A stretch of 64,000 bases of DNA from Candidatus Entotheonellaceae bacterium (GCA_965238075.1 OZ250173.1:2848001-2912000), one strand, 5' to 3'. Shown: positions 9,709-22,138, counted from the first letter of the stretch. Notes: generated from the letters alone by a model not told the origin. Numbers and translations are program-made.

Positions 9709-10932
9709 CTACCCCTGCAAGAGCCGATTCGCCGCCTGCTCCAGGTGTTCCAGCGTCCAGCACTCCAACACCTCGTCGCAGAACGGCGCATACACCCCGA
9801 TGATCGAATCCCCCGTATCCCACTCGCGGCGCGGCTCCGGATTGAGCCACAAGATCCGGCGGCTGCGCTGGCGAACTTCCTCCAGCGTCCAGAATTGCGC
9901 GTCAAAGGCGTTGTTGCGCGCATCGCCCAGAATGACCACCACCGTCTCGCGCGTCAATTCATCAAAGTAATCGCGGTAGAACTGATAAAAGGCGCGCCCG
10001 AAGTCGCTGAATCCGAAGAGGTTGAGGTGAGGATACTGGCGCAAGGTCTTGAGGTCCTGAGGGAAGCGCATGCGGCGGAACAGGTCAGTCACCTCGACGA
10101 TGCTGTTGACGAACACCAGGCTGCGCACCTGGCTGAACTCGGCCTGCAGGGTGTGCACGAGCTTCAACAGAAACGTGGAAACCTGCCACACTGAGCCGGA
10201 CACGTCGCACAGCACCATGAGCCGCAGCTTGGTTTGCTTGCGGCGCCGGCGAAGCAGGGTGAAGGGAATTTCGGTGCCGTTGCGCAGCCCCCGCAGCACG
10301 GTGCCCCGCAGGTCGACCCGCCCATGGCGGGCGCGGCGGTAACGCAGGGCGCGGCGGGTCAGCAGTTGAACGGCGAGGCGCTCGACTTGGTGATACATGT
10401 CTTCCAGGTGGTCCGGTGGAAACGGGCGATCGATCCGCGTATGGAGCGCCTGCATGCCGGGTTTTTCAGGCTGCATCACCACGGGACCCAAGGGTGCCTT
10501 CAGCTGCTGTTGCCAAGCCCTCTCGAGAGCGTCCAATTTCTCCTGAACCTGCGTCTGGAGGGAATCAGCGGACGGCTGCCCCTTGGGTTGGTGCAGGGCT
10601 CGCAGTAACGGCGGGGAGATCGGCGAACCGCCGTTGTGCCGCGCGTGCGGGGTTGGCCGTTTGCCCGCCTCGTTGCCGCTCTGGTGTTGGTGTTTCGACC
10701 GCCGCCGCTTGCGCCGCCGCGGCACGGTGAAGAATCGCTGGAACAGGGTGTCGAACAGGGCGAAATCGCGCTGCGACTTGATCAGCACCGTACGCAGGCT
10801 GAGACGCAGCAACTCGCGATCGTCCAGTCCGATACTCCCAATGCTTTGCAGGGCTTCGAGGCCCTCGGCTACGGAAACTCGCAGCCCCTGATCGCGCAGC
10901 AGGCGTACGAAGGCGAGAAGGCGAGGCGTCAT
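9709..10932 (-). CDS. VWA-domain CoxE-like protein
   Basis: LCDVSGSV (MIDAS), ILGDARNN, WLNPEP, WDTGDS. The ATG overlaps the upstream AAA gene stop (ATGA). Confidence 0.85.
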   Translation of the reverse strand: MTPRLLAFVRLLRDQGLRVSVAEGLEALQSIGSIGLDDRELLRLSLRTVLIKSQRDFALFDTLFQRFFTVPRRRKRRRSKHQHQSGNEAGKRPTPHARHNGGSPISPPLLRALHQPKGQPSADSLQTQVQEKLDALERAWQQQLKAPLGPVVMQPEKPGMQALHTRIDRPFPPDHLEDMYHQVERLAVQLLTRRALRYRRARHGRVDLRGTVLRGLRNGTEIPFTLLRRRRKQTKLRLMVLCDVSGSVWQVSTFLLKLVHTLQAEFSQVRSLVFVNSIVEVTDLFRRMRFPQDLKTLRQYPHLNLFGFSDFGRAFYQFYRDYFDELTRETVVVILGDARNNAFDAQFWTLEEVRQRSRRILWLNPEPRREWDTGDSIIGVYAPFCDEVLECWTLEHLEQAANRLLQG

Positions 10933-11894
10933 CGCTTCACGTCTTGCAACACGCGGGCAATGTCGTCTTTGTCTTTCAGCAGGATGTTGAGCGTATCGAC
11001 GATGAGTTGGCGGGACAAAACGTTGGCGCCGAGCACCACGAGGGCCAGGGCCCAATCCAGAGTTTCGCTGATGCTGGGCGTTTTGCGCAGTTGGAGTTTC
11101 CGCACGCGCTGGATGAACTGCACGATGTGCGTGGCCAGATGATGGTCGATGCCGGGCACCTTGCGCTGCACGATCTGCAGTTCGACGTCAAAGGTCGGCT
11201 GGTCGATGTAGAGGTAAAAACAGCGCCGCTTGAGGGCCTCCGAGAGGCTGCGGGTGGCGTTGCTGGTGAGTAGGACGTGCGGTCTCTGAATGGCGCACAG
11301 TGTGCCGATTTCTGGAATGCTGACCTGAAAATCGCTGAGTATCTCCAGCAGAAAGGCCTCGAACTCCTGATCCGCGCGGTCAATCTCGTCGATCAACAGG
11401 ACCGTTGGCCGCGGCGACACGATGGCTTGCAGGAGCGGCCGCGGCAACAGGAAGTGGCGCGAAAAGAAAGCGCTTTCCTGATTCTGCAGGTACGCCATCG
11501 CCTCGTTGAGGGAATTGGCCTTGGCCAGCAGGCTTCCCAGCCGCTCCTTGAGCATCTGCACGTAGAGCAGTTGCTTGCTGTACTCCCACTCGTACAGCGC
11601 CTTCGCCTCATCCAGCCCCTCGTAGCACTGCAGGCGAATGAGCTCGCGCCCGGTGGTATCCGCCAGCACCTTCGCCAGTTCCGTTTTGCCGACCCCGGGC
11701 GGCCCCTCGATGAGCAACGGACGCTGCAATTGCGTCATCAGGTAAACGGCGGTCGCAACGTCCTTGCCGCACACGTAATCGGCGCCGCCGAACAGTTCGA
11801 TAACGCGCTCGACGGAAGCCAGTTTCGGAGCTTCCGAGGGCACGGAAAGGGGAGGTGCAGTAACCAAACCGTTCTCCTGAAAACCTTTAGTCAA
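10929..11894 (-). CDS. MoxR-family AAA+ ATPase (CoxD-like)
   Basis: GPPGVGKTELAK, LQCYEGLDEAKALYEWEY, LLIDEIDRAD, SEALKRRC. Start uncertain. Confidence 0.9.
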   Translation of the reverse strand: MTKGFQENGLVTAPPLSVPSEAPKLASVERVIELFGGADYVCGKDVATAVYLMTQLQRPLLIEGPPGVGKTELAKVLADTTGRELIRLQCYEGLDEAKALYEWEYSKQLLYVQMLKERLGSLLAKANSLNEAMAYLQNQESAFFSRHFLLPRPLLQAIVSPRPTVLLIDEIDRADQEFEAFLLEILSDFQVSIPEIGTLCAIQRPHVLLTSNATRSLSEALKRRCFYLYIDQPTFDVELQIVQRKVPGIDHHLATHIVQFIQRVRKLQLRKTPSISETLDWALALVVLGANVLSRQLIVDTLNILLKDKDDIARVLQDVKR

Positions 11895-13128
11895 AAGCCC
11901 GGAAGACCAGCGAGGCGTTGGTGCCGCCGAAGCCGAAGGCGTTAGACATGGCGACGCGCAGGGCTGCCTGCCGGGCCTCGTTGGGCACGTAGTCCAGATC
12001 GCAGCGCGGGTCCTGGTACTCGTAGTTGATCGTTGGCGGCAGGATGCCCTGACGCAAGGCCAAGATCGTGAAAATCGATTCGATCGCCCCGGCAGCGCCC
12101 AACATGTGGCCAGTCATGGATTTGGTGGCGCTGATCGGCAGCGAATAAGCGCGGTCCTTGAAAACGGACTTGATGGCCATGGTCTCGGAGACGTCGCCGA
12201 CCGGCGTCGAGGTGGCGTGGGCGTTGACGTAATCCACGGCATCGGGCGACAGGCCGGCGTCCTGCAGGGCGGCGGCCATGCAGGACGCGGCACCGGCGCC
12301 GTCCGGCGGCGGCGCCGTGACGTGATGGGCATCGGAGGCGCTGCCGTAGCCGACGAGCTCGGCATGGACCGGGGCGCCGCGCCGCCTGGCGTGCTGCAAT
12401 TCCTCCAAAATCACAACGGCGGCCCCCTCGGACATCACAAAGCCGTCTCGTTCACGATCAAACGGCCGGCTCGCCTTGGCAGGGGCGTCCGCCTGCGGTG
12501 ACAAGGCGCGCATATTGCCAAAGGAGCTGATAGCCAGAGGCGTGATCGTCGCTTCCGCGCCGCCCGCAATCATCACGTCGGCGGCGCCGCGCAGGATGGT
12601 GTGAAACGCCTCGCCGATCGAGTGGGCGCCTGCGGCACACGCCGTCACGCTGCTGTTATTGGGACCGGTGGCCCCGAAGCGCATCGACACGTGACCGGCG
12701 GCAAGGTTGCCCAACAACATGGCGGGGAACAGGGGGGATACCCGTTTCGGCCCCTTTTCCAGCAACACGCCATGCACGGTTTCGAGGGATTCCAGCCCAC
12801 CCATGGCGCTGCCGATGTAGACGCCGGTGCGGTGGCCGGTGCCTTCGTCGATGTCGAGGCCGGCGTCGTTCACCGCTTCCTGGCCGGCTGCGATGGCGAG
12901 TTGGCAAAATCGGTCGGTGCGTCGGATGTCGTGCTTATCCAGGTATTGGGCGGGGTCGAACTCGCGGACTTCTCCGGCGATGTGGGCGGGGTAGGCGGTG
13001 GCGTCGAATCGCGTGATGGGACCGATACCCGACTCGCCGCGGCAAAGCCGCTGCCAGATGGTATCGATCTCAGTCCCCAGAGGTGTCATTGCTCCAAGCC
13101 CTGTGACAACCACGCGCCTGTCCATCAT
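11887..13128 (-). CDS. fabF: Beta-ketoacyl-ACP synthase II
   Basis: RRVVVTGLG, TACAAG, YVNAHATST, KSMTGHMLGAAG, SNAFGFGGTN. Confidence 0.95.
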   Translation of the reverse strand: MMDRRVVVTGLGAMTPLGTEIDTIWQRLCRGESGIGPITRFDATAYPAHIAGEVREFDPAQYLDKHDIRRTDRFCQLAIAAGQEAVNDAGLDIDEGTGHRTGVYIGSAMGGLESLETVHGVLLEKGPKRVSPLFPAMLLGNLAAGHVSMRFGATGPNNSSVTACAAGAHSIGEAFHTILRGAADVMIAGGAEATITPLAISSFGNMRALSPQADAPAKASRPFDRERDGFVMSEGAAVVILEELQHARRRGAPVHAELVGYGSASDAHHVTAPPPDGAGAASCMAAALQDAGLSPDAVDYVNAHATSTPVGDVSETMAIKSVFKDRAYSLPISATKSMTGHMLGAAGAIESIFTILALRQGILPPTINYEYQDPRCDLDYVPNEARQAALRVAMSNAFGFGGTNASLVFRAFD

Positions 13129-13254
13129 ATCTCCCCTTTGTACAACCCGGCCTCCACAGACAAGCCCGGACGGTTAACGTTTCCTGCATCAAAGCCCTGA
13201 CGGCACCCATCATACAGCATGAAGGTTGTTTTTTCTTCCCTCGCGCCGACTGCC

Positions 13255-14049
13255 CTAACGGCCCTGAAACTGCGGTGGACGTTTCTCCAGGAAGGCGCGC
13301 CAGCCCTCCTGAAAATCCTCTGTTTCGTAGGGCGACACCGCCAGGGCTTGATGGGCCGGCGTCAGCGCTTCCAGCGCCGGGTGCTCCAGAACGGTATGCA
13401 GAATTTCTTTGTGCACGCGGTGCACGACCGGCGCCAGGGCCGCGATCTTGTTCGCCATGTCGTAGGTGAACGCCTCGACTTCTTCCGTGGCGACGACGTG
13501 GTTGACAAGGCCGATGGCGTGCGCTTGCGCGGCCGGAATGATGGCGGCGGTGAGCAGCAGTTCCATGGTCTTGGCGTGGCCGATGAGGCGCACCATGCGG
13601 CGCATTTCGCGGTAGGCAATCGGCAACCCGAGCCGCGCTATCGGCACGCCCATGCGGGCGGTGTCCGACGCGATGCGGATGTCGCAGGCGGTGCTGAACT
13701 CGCAACCGCCGCCGACGCAGGCGCCCTCGATCAGGCACAGGGTCGGTTTTCCGACGGCTTCCGCCATGTCCATAGCGGCATCAAAGGCGGCGTTGTACAG
13801 CGTGGCCTTGGCGGCATTGTTGCGGTGCGTGGCGAATTCGCTGATGTCCGCGCCGGCCGAAAACGCCTCACCGCCGGCACCTCGAAAGACGATGGCGCGC
13901 ACCGCCGGGTTCTCTTTCAGATCGACCAGCAGGCGCTGCAAGTGGTTCCACATGGCGAAGGTGATGGCGTTGCGCCGCCCGGGCCGGTTAAAGGTGACGG
14001 TGGCAATCGCCCCGTCGATGGTCAGGAGAATCGGGTCAGTCGTCGACAT
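13255..14049 (-). CDS. Enoyl-CoA hydratase/isomerase family protein
   Basis: NRPGRRNAI, FSAGADISEF, GACVGGG, EDFQEG...FLEKRPPQFQGR. Confidence 0.9.
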   Translation of the reverse strand: MSTTDPILLTIDGAIATVTFNRPGRRNAITFAMWNHLQRLLVDLKENPAVRAIVFRGAGGEAFSAGADISEFATHRNNAAKATLYNAAFDAAMDMAEAVGKPTLCLIEGACVGGGCEFSTACDIRIASDTARMGVPIARLGLPIAYREMRRMVRLIGHAKTMELLLTAAIIPAAQAHAIGLVNHVVATEEVEAFTYDMANKIAALAPVVHRVHKEILHTVLEHPALEALTPAHQALAVSPYETEDFQEGWRAFLEKRPPQFQGR

Positions 14050-14082
14050 GAAGGCTCCAACTGTGAGGTGGCGACGTTCGGC

Positions 14083-14730
14083 TTACGACTGCAGACCGGA
14101 ATACGGCTTGCCCCATTCGTCCTCGTAGACGATGTCTTCCAAGGGGCCGCGGCTGACGGGCCCAAAGCGGCCCATGGGGTAGCCGATCGGCAGGATAGCG
14201 TACGAGTGAACCCCGGCAGGTAAACCTAGCGCCGCCTCGGCTTCCTCTTCGTGCAGCAGGTGGCGCGTCGTCAGGGTGGTGCCGAGTCCCAGAGCGCGAG
14301 CGGCAAGCAGCATGTTCTGCACCGCCGGGTAAATGGAGGCGCCGGACATGCGGCTGGGCTGCGCCGTTCCCTCGTCGAGGCAGGCCACGATCCATACCGG
14401 CGCTTCGTGGAAATGGTCCGTCAAATACGCCACCGCGGCGTGCTGGCGCTTGTAGCGTTCGCGCGTCACACCCGGCGGCGGCTCGCTGGCGAAATAGCGC
14501 GGCCCGACCACTTCCTCGAAAGCTCGCTTGTAGAAAATTTGGACCTGTTTCTTGATCTTCTCGTCCTTGATGACCAGGAAACGCCAAGTCTGCCGGTTGC
14601 TACCGTTCGCGGCGGCGATGCCCGCGTCGAGGATGCGGCGGATCAGCGCGTCAGGCACCGGGTCCGGTTTCAGGCGGCGCATGGCGCGGGTGGTATGGAT
14701 GATGTGAAACAGGTCGGTTTCCTCGGGCAT
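14083..14730 (-). CDS. Nitroreductase family protein
   Basis: TRAMRRLKPDPVP, ANGSNRQTWRF, SIYPAVQNMLLAARALGLG, LPIGYP. Confidence 0.9.
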   Translation of the reverse strand: MPEETDLFHIIHTTRAMRRLKPDPVPDALIRRILDAGIAAANGSNRQTWRFLVIKDEKIKKQVQIFYKRAFEEVVGPRYFASEPPPGVTRERYKRQHAAVAYLTDHFHEAPVWIVACLDEGTAQPSRMSGASIYPAVQNMLLAARALGLGTTLTTRHLLHEEEAEAALGLPAGVHSYAILPIGYPMGRFGPVSRGPLEDIVYEDEWGKPYSGLQS

Positions 14731-15001
14731 GGTCTTTCTCCTCTACTCCCCCAACACTCCTCCTCCTCGCTGGCAGCTTCGGCGCGTCGTTACAGGCTCT
14801 CCGCCGACTGCGCGATAGTAGCATACGGTGCCGGGCAAGGCAGGCGCAAATTGTTGCAGCGTCTCATTTCCGGTATTTCCAGTGGCGGACCTGCTCTGTG
14901 GATGCCCCCAACGCTTTGTGGTATTCTGCCCACCCGCCGGCAGGGTACGGCATTGAACCTGGCGAACCGTATAAAAAAGCTGAAACGGCAACGAGGGACA
15001 G

Positions 15002-15871
15002 GTGACTGGAAGCCGGCGACCGCTGAACAGGGGTGTCGTAGAGCTTAGCCTGCGGCGGGCCGGGACGCGCACCGTGGTACGGGACGCCTACTTCCGAACC
15101 CCGTTACAGATCATGCGGCCCTACTATCTGGACGACAGCGGTACGGCTTACATTTATCTGCTAAGTCCCGGCGGTGGGGTGGTCGGCGGCGACCGTTACA
15201 CGATCACGGTGACGTTGGAAACCGGTGCTCGTGCCTGCATGACCACGGCGTCGGCAACCAAGATATATGCCTCGCCAGACACCATGGCACACCAGCGTTT
15301 CGATATCGTTTTGCAAGCCGGGGCTGCCTTCGAGTACCTGCCGGAGCAGATCATTCCTTTCGCCCGATCCGCGTTTCGCCAAGACATGACGGTGCGTCTC
15401 GGCAGCGGCGCCGTTGCCGTGCTGATGGAGATCGTTGCACCGGGGCGTCTGGCGCGCGGCGAGGCGTTCGCGTATGGCGGCGGCGAGGCGTTCGCGTATC
15501 GCGACTACAGTTCCGGGTTAAGCGTGGCGGACGCGCGCGGCCGGGTGCTGTTGCGCGATCGCACCCGCTTGCAGCCGCGGCACTGGGACGCCGGGAACGG
15601 CTTGGGGCTGCTGGAAGGCTTCAACTACCTGGGTACCCTATACGTATTGAGTGAGTCCTGCGGCGCACCGGGCGAGTTGGCCGACGATCTGCACGGCCTC
15701 GTGGCGAATCGCCGGCGTTGCATCGGGGGCGCCACTGCTCTGGAGTGGGGTGGCGTTGCTGTCCGCCTCTTGGCTGAGGACCATGCCACGGTAAGCCGTA
15801 CCTTGCATGCCGTATGGGATCGGGTACGGCAGTGCCTATTGGGATATCCGGCGGTGAGATGGCGCAAGTAG
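15002..15871 (+). CDS. ureD: Urease accessory protein D
   Basis: SPGGGVVGGD, TTASATKIY, EYLPEQIIPF, PGRLARGE; heads the urease operon. Confidence 0.88.
   Translation: MTGSRRPLNRGVVELSLRRAGTRTVVRDAYFRTPLQIMRPYYLDDSGTAYIYLLSPGGGVVGGDRYTITVTLETGARACMTTASATKIYASPDTMAHQRFDIVLQAGAAFEYLPEQIIPFARSAFRQDMTVRLGSGAVAVLMEIVAPGRLARGEAFAYGGGEAFAYRDYSSGLSVADARGRVLLRDRTRLQPRHWDAGNGLGLLEGFNYLGTLYVLSESCGAPGELADDLHGLVANRRRCIGGATALEWGGVAVRLLAEDHATVSRTLHAVWDRVRQCLLGYPAVRWRK
15456..15499 (+). repeat. In-frame tandem duplication (period 24 nt) within ureD
   Basis: gcggcgaggcgttcgcgtat occurs at 15456 and 15480; the protein reads GEAFAYGG-GEAFAY. Confidence 0.85.
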
Positions 15872-15926
15872 CCGCAGGCGGGAAGAGCGGGAGAGAAGGA
15901 CCGCCGAGGTTGGCGCGTCCGGCAAG

Positions 15927-15943
15927 AAAAAAGGGGGGGGGGG
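15927..15943 (+). repeat. A6-G11 homopolymer tract at the amtB ribosome-binding site
   Basis: aaaaaa ggggggggggg acg ATG(15947). Confidence 0.85.
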
Positions 15944-15946
15944 ACG

Positions 15947-17275
15947 ATGTTCGCAGGGCTGATTGACAAGGTGCGGATTCAGGCTTTGACCACGATAGGG
16001 ACGTGTTTTGGCCTGCTGATGTGTCTGACGCCGGGCGTGGTGCAGGCGCAGGAAGAGGCCGCTATCAATGCGGGCGACACCGCCTGGGTGCTGACCTCGT
16101 CAGTACTCGTCTTGATGATGGTGGCGCCGGGCTTGGCGCTGTTCTACGGCGGTCTGGTGCGCCGCAAGAACGTGTTGGCCACCCTGATGCAGAGTTTCAT
16201 TCTGCTGGCCATGATCAGCGTGCAGTGGGTGTTGTGGGGATACAGCCTTGCCTTTGGCCCGGATATTGGCGGCGTGATCGGCAACCTCGATTATCTCGGC
16301 CTGATGGGAGTAGGGGGCGAGCCCGGCCCGTACGCCGACACCATTCCGCACTTGGCGTTCATGGCGTTTCAGGGCATGTTCGCGGCCATTACCCCGGCGC
16401 TCATCACGGGCGCCTTTGCCGAGCGCATGAAGTTTTCCGCCTTCCTCATCTTCGGTCTGCTGTGGAGCACCCTGGTGTACGACCCGCTGGCCCACTGGGT
16501 GTGGGGCGGTGGATGGATCGGTGCCATGGGGGCGCTGGATTTTGCTGGCGGCACCGTGGTGCACATCAATTCCGGTGTCTCCGCGCTGGTATGCGCCATC
16601 GTGCTGGGCAAACGTCGTGGCTTTCCGGGTGAGCACATGCCGCCGCACAACTTGCCGCTCGCCGTTGTTGGCGCGGCCCTGCTTTGGGTCGGGTGGTTCG
16701 GCTTCAACGCCGGTAGCGCTCTGGGAGCCAATGCGACAGCAGCGTTTGCGTTCGTCACCACCAACACGGCGGCGGCGGCGGCGGCGCTGACCTGGATGTT
16801 TGCCGAGTGGCGCTACTCCGGCAGGCCCACCATGCTGGGCGCCGCGACCGGCGCGGTGGCGGGCTTGGTAGCGATTACCCCGGCAGCGGGTTTCGTCGGG
16901 CCGCTTTCGTCGCTCCTCATTGGCATCGTAGCCGGTCTGTTGTGCTTCGCCGCCGTGGTCATGAAGGTCCGCCTGGGGTACGACGACTCTCTGGACGTTG
17001 TCGGCGTGCACGGTGTCGGCGGTGCCTGGGGCGCCCTTGCGACCGGCCTGTTTGCCGCCGCCGCGATCGGCGGCACGAACGGGCTGTTTTTCGGCAACGT
17101 GGCGCAGATGGGGCCGCAGATCGTCAGCGTGGTCGCCACCTGTGTGTACGCCGCGGCGGTGACCTGGATCATCCTCAAGGTCCTGGATATGACGGTCGGC
17201 CTGCGGGTTTCGCAGGAAGACGAGCAAATGGGCCTCGACCTGAGCCAGCACAACGAGGCCGGCTACACGTTATAG
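15947..17275 (+). CDS. amtB: Ammonium transporter
   Basis: [50 protein letters not shown]. Confidence 0.96.
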   Translation: MFAGLIDKVRIQALTTIGTCFGLLMCLTPGVVQAQEEAAINAGDTAWVLTSSVLVLMMVAPGLALFYGGLVRRKNVLATLMQSFILLAMISVQWVLWGYSLAFGPDIGGVIGNLDYLGLMGVGGEPGPYADTIPHLAFMAFQGMFAAITPALITGAFAERMKFSAFLIFGLLWSTLVYDPLAHWVWGGGWIGAMGALDFAGGTVVHINSGVSALVCAIVLGKRRGFPGEHMPPHNLPLAVVGAALLWVGWFGFNAGSALGANATAAFAFVTTNTAAAAAALTWMFAEWRYSGRPTMLGAATGAVAGLVAITPAAGFVGPLSSLLIGIVAGLLCFAAVVMKVRLGYDDSLDVVGVHGVGGAWGALATGLFAAAAIGGTNGLFFGNVAQMGPQIVSVVATCVYAAAVTWIILKVLDMTVGLRVSQEDEQMGLDLSQHNEAGYTL

Positions 17276-17302
17276 GCGTGGGCCGCGGGGAGGATTTGTG
17301 GC

Positions 17303-17620
17303 ATGCATTTGACGCCGCGCGAGGTGGACAAACTGCTGGTGTTCGTGGCTGCGGACGTGGCGCGCCGCCGCCGCGAGCGCGGGCTGAAGCTGAACTACCC
17401 GGAGGCGATGGCCCTGATCACGGCGGAAATCATGGAAGGCGCCCGCGATGGACGCTCGGTGGCGGAGTTGATGCGCTACGGTGGGCAGATTCTGCGCCAC
17501 GACGAGGTCATGGAGGGCGTTCCGGCCATGCTAACCGAAGTGCAGGTGGAGGCGACCTTCCCAGACGGCACCAAGCTGGTGACGGTGCACGATCCACTGC
17601 GGGCAGGGGAGGAACAATGA
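17303..17620 (+). CDS. ureA: Urease gamma subunit
   Basis: [11 protein letters not shown]...LNYPEA...[16 protein letters not shown]. Confidence 0.97.
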   Translation: MHLTPREVDKLLVFVAADVARRRRERGLKLNYPEAMALITAEIMEGARDGRSVAELMRYGGQILRHDEVMEGVPAMLTEVQVEATFPDGTKLVTVHDPLRAGEEQ

Positions 17621-18011
17621 CAATGACTCCAGGCGAATACATCCTGCGCGCCGAGCCGGTGCAGGCCAACGTGGATCGCGACACGGTGGATCTGGAAGTC
17701 GCCAATCACGGCGACCGGCCGATTCAGGTGGGCTCGCACGTTCATTTCTTCGAAGTCAACAAGGCGCTGGTCTTTCCCCGCGCCGCCGCCTTCGGCATGC
17801 ATCTCAACATCCCCGCCGGCACCGCGGTGCGTTTCGAGCCGGGCGACCGCAAGCAGGTGACGCTGGTCGCCTTTGCCGGGCGACGCGAGATGTACGGTGT
17901 CAACAATCTATGCGACGGCCCGTTGACCGACGAACGGCGCGCCGAGGCGCTGGCCCGCGCTCTGAGCGCGGGGTTCGGCAACGCCGAGGCGCAGCAGGAA
18001 GGAGGGCAGGG

Positions 18012-18015
<4 letters not shown>
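17617..18015 (+). CDS. ureB: Urease beta subunit
   Basis: MTPGEY...[19 protein letters not shown]...[16 protein letters not shown] overlap with ureA. Confidence 0.95.
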
Positions 18016-19727
<1,712 letters not shown>

Positions 19728-19736
19728 GAGGCAGCA

Positions 19737-20465
19737 GTGTTCACGGGCGCGCAGCCCCTCCCCAGCGGCCAGGCCCTGTGGCACCTCCTGCAAACAAGCG
19801 ATCAATTCTTTCCCACCGGCGGTTTCGCCTTTTCGCATGCTCTGGAGATGTACGTGGCGGCGGGCTTGGTGTATGACCGCGCCACCTGCCAGCGGCTGTT
19901 CATCGACCTGTTCAACCATGCCATGGGTCCCACCGACTTGGTGTTCTGCGCCCACGCCCATCGTCTTGCCGCCGGGCCCGATGACGCCGACGTCAAGCTG
20001 TCGTCCCTGGTGGACCTCGACTGTCTGCTGGCCGCCACAAAGGTGCCGCGCGAATTGCGCCTCGAGAGCCAGCACATCGGCAGATCGTTCTTGCGCGCCG
20101 CCATGGCGCTGTCGCCGTCGCCCCTGTCGCTGTCGTTCTGGCAGCAGGTGCAGCGGGGTGCGTCGCCGGGCCACCACGCCGCGGCCTTCGGGCTGGTGGC
20201 GCACGAACTCGGATCGCCGGAGACCACTGCCGTGCTGGCGTACCTCTATACGGTGGCCAGCAGTCTGGTCGCAGCCGCCGTTCGACTGGTGCCGCTCGGC
20301 CAATCCGACGGCCAGCGCCTGCTGCACGAGCTGCAGCCGCGTTGTCTGGAACTGGTGCAGCGCTATGCCCACCTCACCCCTGAGGACGCCTGGAACGGCG
20401 CGCCGGGGCTGGATATTCGCAGCATGCAGCACGAGCGGCTGTATTCCCGCCTGTGCCGCTCATGA
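19737..20465 (+). CDS. ureF: Urease accessory protein F
   Basis: DQFFPTGGFAFSHALE, AAVRLVPLGQ, HERLYSRLCRS. Confidence 0.92.
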   Translation: MFTGAQPLPSGQALWHLLQTSDQFFPTGGFAFSHALEMYVAAGLVYDRATCQRLFIDLFNHAMGPTDLVFCAHAHRLAAGPDDADVKLSSLVDLDCLLAATKVPRELRLESQHIGRSFLRAAMALSPSPLSLSFWQQVQRGASPGHHAAAFGLVAHELGSPETTAVLAYLYTVASSLVAAAVRLVPLGQSDGQRLLHELQPRCLELVQRYAHLTPEDAWNGAPGLDIRSMQHERLYSRLCRS

Positions 20466-20500
20466 AAGCAGAATTCATTCACGCATGAGGGAGAAACAGG

Positions 20501-21208
20501 ATGCACGACGTGTATCGAGAGGCGCCGCACACCCATCATGCGGCGTTGTTTGACTGGCCCGGCAAGGCGCCCAAGCCCCTGACAATCGGGGTTGGCGGTC
20601 CGGTCGGCTCCGGTAAGACGGCGCTGGTTGACAGGCTTTGCAAGGCGCTGCGCGACAGCTACCGCCTCGCGGTGGTCACCAACGACATCTACACCCGGGA
20701 AGACGCCGAATTCCTCTGCCGTAGCGGCGCCCTGGACGTCGAACGCATCGTCGGCGTTGAAACCGGCGGCTGCCCGCACAGCGCCATCCGGGAAGACGCT
20801 TCCGTAAACCTCGAAGCCATGGCCGGCCTGGCGGAGCGCTTTACTGACCTGCAGCTCATCTTCGTCGAAAGCGGCGGCGACAACCTGGCGGCCACCTTCA
20901 GCCCCGAGCTCGCCGATTTCACCATCTACGTCATCGACGTCGCCGCCGGCGACAAAATCCCCCGCAAAGGCGGCCCCGGCATTACCCGCTCCGACCTCCT
21001 GCTCATCAACAAGATCGACCTCGCCCCCCACGTCGGCGCCGACCTTCAGGTCATGGACCGCGACGCCCGCAAGATGCGCGGCGACCGGCCGTTCATCTTC
21101 ACCAACCTCTTGACCGGCCAAGGGCTTGATACGGTTGTCGGTTGGGTGCGGCGCCACGTTGATGCCGTGCTGAAAGACGGACGTGCGGAGCCCATTTCAG
21201 ACGCATGA
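20501..21208 (+). CDS. ureG: Urease accessory GTPase G
   Basis: [39 protein letters not shown]; His-rich N-terminus. Confidence 0.96.
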   Translation: MHDVYREAPHTHHAALFDWPGKAPKPLTIGVGGPVGSGKTALVDRLCKALRDSYRLAVVTNDIYTREDAEFLCRSGALDVERIVGVETGGCPHSAIREDASVNLEAMAGLAERFTDLQLIFVESGGDNLAATFSPELADFTIYVIDVAAGDKIPRKGGPGITRSDLLLINKIDLAPHVGADLQVMDRDARKMRGDRPFIFTNLLTGQGLDTVVGWVRRHVDAVLKDGRAEPISDA

Positions 21209-21238
21209 CGCTCTCTTTGCCCGCCCTGTTCAACACGG

Positions 21239-21661
21239 TCAAGCGCGCTCCTCTGGCTCTCCCCATACCTCAACACCAAGACCTGGAACACGAGCAAACT
21301 CGCGGACATTTGCTGTAAGGATGGTCAAACCGTGGGCAAGACAGGCGGCCGCAAGCCAGAGATCATTCGGCCCAATGATGTTACCCACTGCGGCCAACTC
21401 TGCCCATACTTGCGCGTGCAATCGGGCGGTCGCCAAGTCTATTGGCAATAAAGGAAAGCGTTCCAACAGCGCTTCGACAAATGCCGAACGCTTCGCCCGC
21501 ACACCCGACTGCACCGCACGATGCACGCCGTGGAGAAGCTCGCTCGCGGTGACAACAGAGATGAAGAATTCTTCCTGCCGTCGCTGTTCGGGATGACGTT
21601 GCAGGTCGAGACGCCCACGCTCGTACTCGATCAGGATGCTGGTATCGATCAAGACGGCCAC
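21239..21661 (-). CDS. PIN-domain toxin (VapC family)
   Basis: GTG start; LIDTSILI...SVVTASEL...IGPNDLWLAAACL...LTANVREF; overlaps the antitoxin. Confidence 0.9.
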   Translation of the reverse strand: MAVLIDTSILIEYERGRLDLQRHPEQRRQEEFFISVVTASELLHGVHRAVQSGVRAKRSAFVEALLERFPLLPIDLATARLHAQVWAELAAVGNIIGPNDLWLAAACLAHGLTILTANVREFARVPGLGVEVWGEPEERA

Positions 21662-21927
21662 GGGTCTCGGACCTCCACACGCGCCAGTTCTGCCCGCGCC
21701 GTTCTGAGGTCGTCGGCAAATTGCCTGGCTTCGTCTGGGGTGAGATGGGGTAGCGAGGCCAGCAGCGCGGGAAGTTCCGCCAGCCGTTTCCCCATGGGAA
21801 GGGGACGAAGTTCCGCCACAGGCTTGTTGCCGCGTACAAGTACGAAGCACTCGCCACGGTAGGCTACACGGTTGATGTATTCTGCAAAATGGCGCGCTGC
21901 CTCGGTAACGGAAAGCGTCTGGATCAT
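21649..21927 (-). CDS. Phd/YefM-type antitoxin (VapB role)
   Basis: LSVTEAARHFAEYINRV...VLVRGNKPVAEL; directly upstream of the PIN gene. Confidence 0.85.
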   Translation of the reverse strand: MIQTLSVTEAARHFAEYINRVAYRGECFVLVRGNKPVAELRPLPMGKRLAELPALLASLPHLTPDEARQFADDLRTARAELARVEVRDPWPS

Positions 21928-22138
21928 CAGATTCTCCCAAGTAAGATTATCTCCATTATACGACAGATAGTCATATTATCTGATTATCATCTTGCTCTCC
22001 ATCGATCCACTGCTGCGCGTTTTCGCTACTCGCATCCCCCGGCCTTCGTGGGATTGACAAAGCCGGGGCAGGGGGCTACGGTGCGCGTCGGTAAACGCCT
22101 ACTCACGTTCAAGAACCGTCAAAACGAAGGAGTATGGT

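Noticed and set aside
14945-14965. Sigma-54 promoter upstream of ureD (cggcat-tgaac-ctggc)
   Set aside because: Both boxes deviate from consensus; too weak to call.
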